A stretch of 64,000 nucleotides of DNA. Source: an uncultured Nitrososphaeraceae archaeon (lineage in GTDB: Archaea > Thermoproteota > Nitrososphaeria > Nitrososphaerales > Nitrososphaeraceae). Positions 58,095-64,000 of this stretch are shown here, in pieces; the first letter of the stretch is position 1, and each line of letters starts with the position of its first letter. Below the pieces are notes generated by a model, which was not told the DNA's origin, did no database searches, and was given only the letters and a program-made list of their open reading frames with translations. The stretch covers positions 1 to 64,000 of the forward strand of contig CAWGVG010000010.1 of NCBI GenBank assembly GCA_963825865.1, read 5' to 3'. The translations under genes and the position numbers were made by a program.

Positions 58095-59261
58095 TAAGTG
58101 AAGTGTCTGAATTTATGTCGTTATTTGTTCATTACATAACCTAGATTTGGAAATAGTTAAAGCTTAGTAAATGAGATATTTTCATTCTGTGAATCATCCT
58201 TTCAAACTCAAACTTACCATAGGACAGAGGAACAAATTAAAGTCATTTATGAAGAATACGGGTAACAAAAAAGAATACCGCAGGCTACTGGCTATACTCC
58301 AAAAAGCTGAAGGTAGAACTTACGAAGACATAGCAAATGAACACGGAGTCAGCAGCAGGTCTGTACAGAGATGGGTTGCTGCCTATATCCAAAGTGGGAT
58401 AGATAGAATAAAGATGAAGAAACCTGGCGGAACAAAATCTGGCATAACAGATGAAAACAGAGAGATTATTCTATCAGCATTATTTAACGACCCGCACATC
58501 TTTGGTTATCTTAGAAATACATGGAGTCTGAGATCACTTGCAAACTGTCTGACAAATGAGCTAGGAATCCCAATCAGCTTCAAGCACCTGCAGAGAATAA
58601 CAAAAGATTTAGGAGTTAGGTGCAAAAGACCAAAACTGGAACTGCTACATGGAGGAAAGGATTATGAAGAGGGAAAAGAGAAAGTGCAAAACTACAAACA
58701 GATAGCTTCAGCTCTGAAAAAAAGGGAGTTGTAGTAGCATTTGAAGATGAGACTATTATAACACAGAAACCTTGTATTCGAAAATCCATGAGTTTTGAAG
58801 GTGAGCAACAAAGGATAGAACATACTGGTAGTAGAAAGAAGTTCTCTGCATACATATCCATGGTATGGCCTGAAGAGAAATTAATGACGTATGATTTCTA
58901 TGATAAAATGGATTCTACGAATACTATCGACCATCTAGAGAATCTCAAGACAAACATTATGAAAAATGATTGGTGGAAAAGACTGGTACTCATATGGGAT
59001 AACGCTTCATATCATGTAAGCCTAATGGTACGGAATTATATCAATGCACAGAGAAAGAAGACTGGCTGACCATAATCCACCTTCCAAAGAAAGCACCATA
59101 CCTAAATCCGAATGAAAGGAAAGTAAACCAGCAAATAAAGTCAGATGTATGTGCGAATAGATTCTATGAACATATGGAAGACCAGAAAGCTGCAGTATCA
59201 GAATATTTGGACAAACGATTTGGAAGATGGTATGACGACATTAGTTATGACACTTGACTTA
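58095..59261 (+). mobile_element. IS630-family insertion sequence
   Basis: Imperfect 27-bp terminal inverted repeats, each starting with TA (left TAAGTGAAGTGTCTGAATTTATGTCGT; right, reverse-complemented, TAAGTCAAGTGTCATAACTAATGTCGT), enclosing a transposase. Confidence 0.9.
58171..59257 (+). CDS. IS630 transposase: HTH ORF plus DDE ORF joined at an A7 run, with a further indel near 59055
   Basis: HTH SSRSVQRWV, WSLRSLA, AFEDET, IWDNASYH and APYLNPNE. Confidence 0.9.
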
Positions 59262-59272
59262 TCACTACTACA

Positions 59273-59901
59273 TTAATCCAACTCTGCCGATAATCTTTTA
59301 ACCAAATATTCTATTGAAACTGGCTTTTTGATAAAACATCCTAAACTTACATTTGGATATACCTCTCTTAACGCCTCAATATTAGATTCTCCTGCAGTCA
59401 TAAAGCAAACTCTAACGTTGACATCTAACTCTGATATCTTTTGACAAAACTCAAGGCCATTGATATCAGGCATGTTAATATCAATTAGCAATAGATCGTA
59501 AAAGTTTGGTTTGAATTCTGATAATGCTACTAAAGGGTTATTGTATGTGTATACTTGAAATCTTATTTTGTTTTCATTATCGTCCTCATAACCTTCATAA
59601 TACGTTTCTAAACCTAACTTGTAGGTAAAAGTGGTATCATCATTATCATCTACAATAAGGATTCTTTTGTAAAGTGGCTCCTTTGCTGTTTTTATATCGA
59701 TAGTATTTGATTCGTGATTTTGTAGAGGAGGACGAACAGAAGAGGGGGTGAAAGATTGAGAATGGTAGTGCTGATTATTCTTATGATTATTATGAGAATC
59801 ATAAAAATTGTCATTATCTGAGATTGCAGAATAATAACAATCCTTTTTACCTTGTATGGTAGTTGTGCATAGATTAGTTAATAATTGCCATCATCCCCAT
59901 A
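59273..59901 (-). CDS. Orphan response regulator receiver, paralogue of 10719-11352
   Basis: RILIVDDN, LIDINMPDINGLEF and FIKKP; the frame is open from about 59890, with an indel next to the start. Confidence 0.85.
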
Positions 59902-60262
59902 TTATTTTCCATATTTTACTACTCTAAGCCAACATATATCAACTTATGTAAAGTTATAATGGCAAAGCAACAATAAATTCACCAATAATCTTAGACCATT
60001 CTATTTTAAAGACATATTTTTCGATAATTTTGAATTCATGAAAAAATCATCGCATAAATTATTACTTAATTATTTAGCATAATTATTATCGATCTATATA
60101 GAGAGATTATTTGATATAACAAACAACGATTTGTGTACATACCTTTTCAGAAAATTGTATTACTATTAATAGATATATAAATAAGTTCTAATAGTTTGGT
60201 AACATTAATAATTATATCAAACAATTTAGCAGCAAATTACTTTACAGAAATCAGGTACTAGA

Positions 60263-60344
60263 TTATACTAAATAAGTCTGTAATAACAAACAGTAATAAC
60301 TTGCACAAGTCAAATATATAGACGACATTGTAATGCTTGTGACG
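60263..60344 (+). promoter_or_regulatory. Conserved promoter cassette, copy 2
   Basis: TTATACTAAATAAGTC...AACTTGCACAAGTCAAATATATAGACGACATTGTAATGCTTGTGAC, with the TATA-like box about 35 bp before the ATG at 60353. Confidence 0.8.
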
Positions 60345-60352
60345 AAATCTAA

Positions 60353-60679
60353 ATGAACAACACAAAATCACTAGCAATAGTTGCTGTCTTAATAGCGGCA
60401 ACATTAGTAGTAGGAGTAACGTTCGCAGCGACAACACCAACAGCATCAGCAGCATATGGTCATAAGAAAGGAGACAAGAGAGATGACAAGAGAGATGCTA
60501 ATGGTAACACAATTACCGCTCAGATAAATGCACAAAAAGGGTATGTAAGCGGATTTGATAACACACTAGAACAAGAAGCACAAAACGTGATATGTACACA
60601 TCCAGGCAGCAATGCAACCTGTGTAAGTGAAGGCAGCGAATCTACTGCAACTGACACAACTGACAACGGCGGAGAATAG
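60353..60679 (+). CDS. Small secreted Gln/Asn-patterned protein with a CTHP..C motif
   Basis: Signal peptide MNNTKSLAIVAVLIAATLVVG, then GNTITAQINAQKGYVSGFDNTLEQEAQNVICTHPGSNATCVSE; followed by a T-rich tract. Confidence 0.8.
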   Translation: MNNTKSLAIVAVLIAATLVVGVTFAATTPTASAAYGHKKGDKRDDKRDANGNTITAQINAQKGYVSGFDNTLEQEAQNVICTHPGSNATCVSEGSESTATDTTDNGGE

Positions 60680-60716
60680 AATAGCAGCTGTAGCTGTTAC
60701 TATGTGGTAAGGTAGT

Positions 60717-60741
60717 TACTTTACCTTTTTTTCTTTTTTTG
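60717..60741 (+). terminator. Oligo-T archaeal terminator-like tract
   Basis: CTTTTACCTTTTTTTCTTTTTTT about 40 bp after the stop codon. Confidence 0.5.
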
Positions 60742-60857
60742 CAATAATGTTATAATTAAATAATTCTCCTTGATGACATGGTCATGATTTATGTATGTGG
60801 TGTAATATCACAGAGACATTTTTTACAAAAAATCGATTTTTGAATACTGTAATATAT

Positions 60858-61271
60858 TTAACCCTTAATTATCCCAAGAGTAAATCCCATTGCTGTACTA
60901 CCGGTTAATGGAATACCAAGATTTGCCATTGTAGATGTTATTGGTAAGATATGAGTAGCAGCTGCAGTTACAGTTGAATTATTGCCTAAAATAGATTGAA
61001 TTGGCCCCACTCCTCCACCTGTAGTAGTTGTCGCATTTGTTGTTGTTGTAATCGTTGATAAAACACTATTTGATATTATTTGCAGCTTATCCCAGTTTAC
61101 ATTCAGTATATGCTGAGATTCCAAATACATAAGGGCAGCAAAAAACACTCCTGCTATTACAGCTAGTATTTTCATTATCCGTTTTAAAGCAAAGCCAACC
61201 AAGAAACCTGCTATACCACCAAAACCAATAGTACTGACAAATGGCATGATATTACTCTCAATGCCGCTCAT
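60858..61271 (-). CDS. FUN14-family membrane protein
   Basis: IGFGGIAGFLVGFALKRIMKI..G..FAALMYL...ILNVNW and GFTLG. Confidence 0.85.
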   Translation of the reverse strand: MSGIESNIMPFVSTIGFGGIAGFLVGFALKRIMKILAVIAGVFFAALMYLESQHILNVNWDKLQIISNSVLSTITTTTNATTTTGGGVGPIQSILGNNSTVTAAATHILPITSTMANLGIPLTGSTAMGFTLGIIKG

Positions 61272-61275
61272 TTTT

Positions 61276-61518
61276 CTATTTCCTCCTACTTTTGGTTGCT
61301 TTGTTGTAATTGTCGTTGTTGTCTATGTCTTTACTACTATTACCAAGGTATCTTTCAATTGCCCTCCGAATATACCTGCTCCTAGGAATATCGCCACGCT
61401 TTTGGTCGATTTTCTGTATTATTGATTTAGGTAAAGTGATTCCTAGCTTTACAGTCATATCAATCGTAGCAGCAGCAATCGTACTACTTGTCATACTAGT
61501 ACAATGTACTACACACAT
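61276..61518 (-). CDS. Ribbon-helix-helix (CopG-like) protein
   Basis: TVKLGITLPKSIIQKIDQKRGDIPRSRYIRRAIERYL. Confidence 0.8.
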   Translation of the reverse strand: MCVVHCTSMTSSTIAAATIDMTVKLGITLPKSIIQKIDQKRGDIPRSRYIRRAIERYLGNSSKDIDNNDNYNKATKSRRK

Positions 61519-62036
61519 AGCTAAAAGGTTTTCGATAGCAGATTGTTTAAGATTATTATGGTATTATATTGCGTATATTGATTAACTTTTTTTTCTGTAT
61601 GTATTAGAACAATATATCTATTAAATTAAAATACACAATTGCTAATCAGAATCACATATTCAAGTAGAATAGCTATTTTCTAAAATTACAATCTTTACAC
61701 TTTATTACAAGTGCTAACCGATTGTCATAAAACACCAATAATAGCTAAATGAATAACCTCACTTGATTTTATATAACGCATATAGCTAAAATATTTTCGA
61801 CAGCAGATTGTACTAAATTATTATAGTAGTATATGATGTAATTAGATTATCAATAGATATATTGAAAGATAGTATGCTTTTCCTTTTATTTCGTAATATC
61901 CAATAATAGATAAATAGATAGTTATCACCGATTACTGGCTATAAACAGTAAAAATATCCAGTAATAGATAATAGCCAATATACTATTAATTAGAGAATAT
62001 AACTGATAATAGACAACTGAGTTTTTTACTTAGTTT

Positions 62037-62142
62037 GATATCGTCAATAGTTATACTAAATAAGTCAGCATTAAATCATATTAAATAAATCATAATTAAC
62101 TTACTCAAGTCAAATATATAGAATAATTGTAATGCTTGATAA
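62037..62142 (+). promoter_or_regulatory. Conserved promoter cassette, copy 3
   Basis: ATCGTCAATAGTTATACTAAATAAGTCAGCA...AACTTACTCAAGTCAAATATATAGAATAATTGTAATGCTTG before the ATG at 62151. Confidence 0.8.
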
Positions 62143-62150
62143 CGAGTATT

Positions 62151-62795
62151 ATGAACAACACGAAAACTCTAACAGCAATAGCTGCTATATTAATAGCGGC
62201 AACATTAGTAGTAGGAGGAACATTAGCATCATCAACAACAACAGCATTTGCTTATAAACAAAAGAAAGGAGGGTCACAAGAAAATAATAAAGATGGTAAC
62301 ACAGTTACCGTCCAGAAATGCAAACAAATAGGGTCAGTAAGTGGATTTGATAACACAGCAGAACAAGAATGTCAAAACGTGATATGTACTCATCCAAGCG
62401 AGCGGTGCAACCTGTGTAAGTGAGCCAGGTCAAGCAACACCACCAGCTACGGCAACCTTATTAGTCAAAAAAGTCGTAAAATGTCTACAAGATACAATAA
62501 CAACAGATGGCTGTCAGAACCAAAAGTTCAAAATAACAGTAACAGATACCAATCCTGACCCATCTTCATTCGATCTTGGAAATGGCGGCACTCAACTTGT
62601 GACATTAGATGCGGGTATCTTACACAGTAAGTGAACCTGAACATGCAGGCTTTAATGTTACTTTCTCTGGTGATTGCAACGCAACTGGCGAGGTACCATA
62701 GCTGCAGGCGTACACCAGACATGTACTATTACAAACACAGAACATACAATGTGTGCGTTTGTGTTAGTGCAACACCAAAAAGAAATCAACTTAAC
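62151..62795 (+). CDS. Secreted paralogue of 60353-60679 fused to a prealbumin/SpaA-like Ig domain (indels)
   Basis: Same signal peptide and SGFDNT.EQE.QNVICTHP core. Across frames it continues ATLLVKKVVKC..FKITVTDTNPDPSSF..GTQLVTL..YTVSE..FSGDC..GTIAAG..QTCTITN. The end is approximate. Confidence 0.7.
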
Positions 62796-62885
62796 CTGCC
62801 AACATCCTTTTTTTTATTTTTTAAGATTCAATCGGTAATAATTAATACTATTATCAATCGGTAAGTGAATACTTCACTAAATTTA

Positions 62886-62980
62886 TATCGTCAATAGTTA
62901 TACAAAATAATTTAGTAGTACATCATATTAAATAAATCAGCATTAACTTACTCAAGACAAATATACAGATGATATCATAT
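62886..62980 (+). promoter_or_regulatory. Conserved promoter cassette, copy 4 (more diverged)
   Basis: ATCGTCAATAGTTATACAAAATAA...CATATTAAATAAATC..AACTTACTCAAGACAAATATACAGATGA before the ATG at 62990. Confidence 0.75.
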
Positions 62981-62989
62981 TAAGAAAAT

Positions 62990-63360
62990 ATGAACAACAT
63001 AACTACAAAAAATCTAGCTGTAGCTGCTGTCGTAGGCAGCAATACTAGTAATGGGAGGAACATTTGTAGCACTACAACCTGCAAATGCTATCGATGAAGT
63101 ATACTCTCATTCTACCACAACAATATGTATAGATGATACACCGTGTGTCACAAAAATTTGTATAAATGACGAACCATGTCATAATGCTGTCACATCAAAT
63201 CCTACAAATACAGGCCATAATGCTGTCACATCAAATCCTACAAATACAGGCCATAATGCTGTCACATCAAATCCTACAAAATACAGGCCATAATTTAACT
63301 AATAATAATAATAAGGAAGGTCATACCTTATTTTCACTTTTTCCTCAAGAAAACAAATAA
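62990..63360 (+). CDS. Secreted Cys-patterned protein with a related signal peptide and 12-aa repeats (indels)
   Basis: MNNITTKNLAVAAV..ILVMGGTFVA, then ICIDDTPCVTKICINDEPC, then (HNAVTSNPTNTG) three times. Confidence 0.65.
63180..63294 (+). repeat. 36-bp tandem repeat, 3 copies plus a partial (CATAATGCTGTCACATCAAATCCTACAAATACAGGC)
   Basis: Directly adjacent units; the third carries one extra A. Confidence 0.93.
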
Positions 63361-63680
63361 TTGATATCGGATAAATAAGTAATGAGGTTAATTGTTCTAT
63401 GCGCTTTGCATTGCATGTGTGTTATTAATGGAATATATACAAATGGAGCTCCTCTTATTTTTTATTAACCTTGTGGCGTAGAATCTGTCAATATAGATAA
63501 TATCCTAGAAAAAGAGAATTTATAAAAAGCCTCAGTTTTTTTGTCTGGATTACCATCAAGTTGCTACTGCTTTGTAGCTACTACTAGTGATGTGATTCCA
63601 AAACTAATATATCAATAATGAGAATGTTATAATGTAATATTGTTATGTTACCAGTTACTAGTAACTTACATTCGTATCAT

Positions 63681-64000
63681 TCTAATTTTCCCTCTGTCAA
63701 TGGCCTTATAGGGACCTGGTCCTTTCTTACTTTGAGTTTATCGAATATGTCTGTGCAGATTGAGGAGATTGCTCCTCTGTTATTTCTAGACCCAATTCGT
63801 TCTTTATCACATCCTTTCCTTCCCTTGCACCAATTAGTATTATCTGTGCATTCTGATAGTCTATGAATTTTGTATCCTTAGCAAGAGATACAAAGTTCTC
63901 AGTCTCATTAAATTCCTTTAGCACCTCCTGTGGATATTTTGGCGGTTCCTCTGTGCTTGGATAACCTGTTGGGGCTGGCCTTTTAGGATTAATAACTGAA
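63681..64000 (-). CDS. Conserved hypothetical protein, 3' part only (runs off the window)
   Basis: SVINPKRPAP.G.P..EEPPKYPQEVLKEF...TKFIDYQNAQIILIGA...PIRPLTEGKLE*. Confidence 0.6.

Noticed and set aside
63180-63294. 36-bp repeats as a possible CRISPR array
   Set aside because: No spacers; it is an in-frame 12-aa coding repeat.

Overview
This window looks like an AT-rich chromosomal segment of an ammonia-oxidising archaeon (Nitrososphaeraceae-like Thaumarchaeota). The assignment rests on the nuoABCDHIJKMLN gene order lacking nuoEFG, the archaeal eS1 and RNase P protein genes, a tRNA with a D-loop intron, and family-typical small proteins. Many essential genes are split by single-base indels, so this is probably an unpolished long-read assembly, and a frameshift alone is not evidence of a pseudogene. 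The core blocks are Pop5/Rpp30/DUF54/eS1, TldD/PmbA, a geranylgeranyl-reductase-like gene, complex I, a prenyl diphosphate synthase, three tRNAs and a CADD-like oxidase. The accessory blocks are: an arylsulfatase; a DUF72-DinB fusion; two orphan DNA methyltransferases; a two-integrase island next to tRNA-Ile2 with a Topo VI-B/VIII-like ATPase and a prim-pol gene that collide head-on; a long mosaic of gene relics; a GC-rich SDR; phospholipase D; an IS630 element; and duplicated orphan response regulators. The most novel-looking signals are (1) a four-copy conserved promoter cassette driving paralogous secreted Gln/Asn/Cys-patterned proteins, possibly a surface-fibre or functional-amyloid system, (2) an unannotated C/D-box guide RNA behind the RNase P genes, and (3) the colliding integrative elements. 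All family assignments come from motif recognition by eye; no database searches were run.
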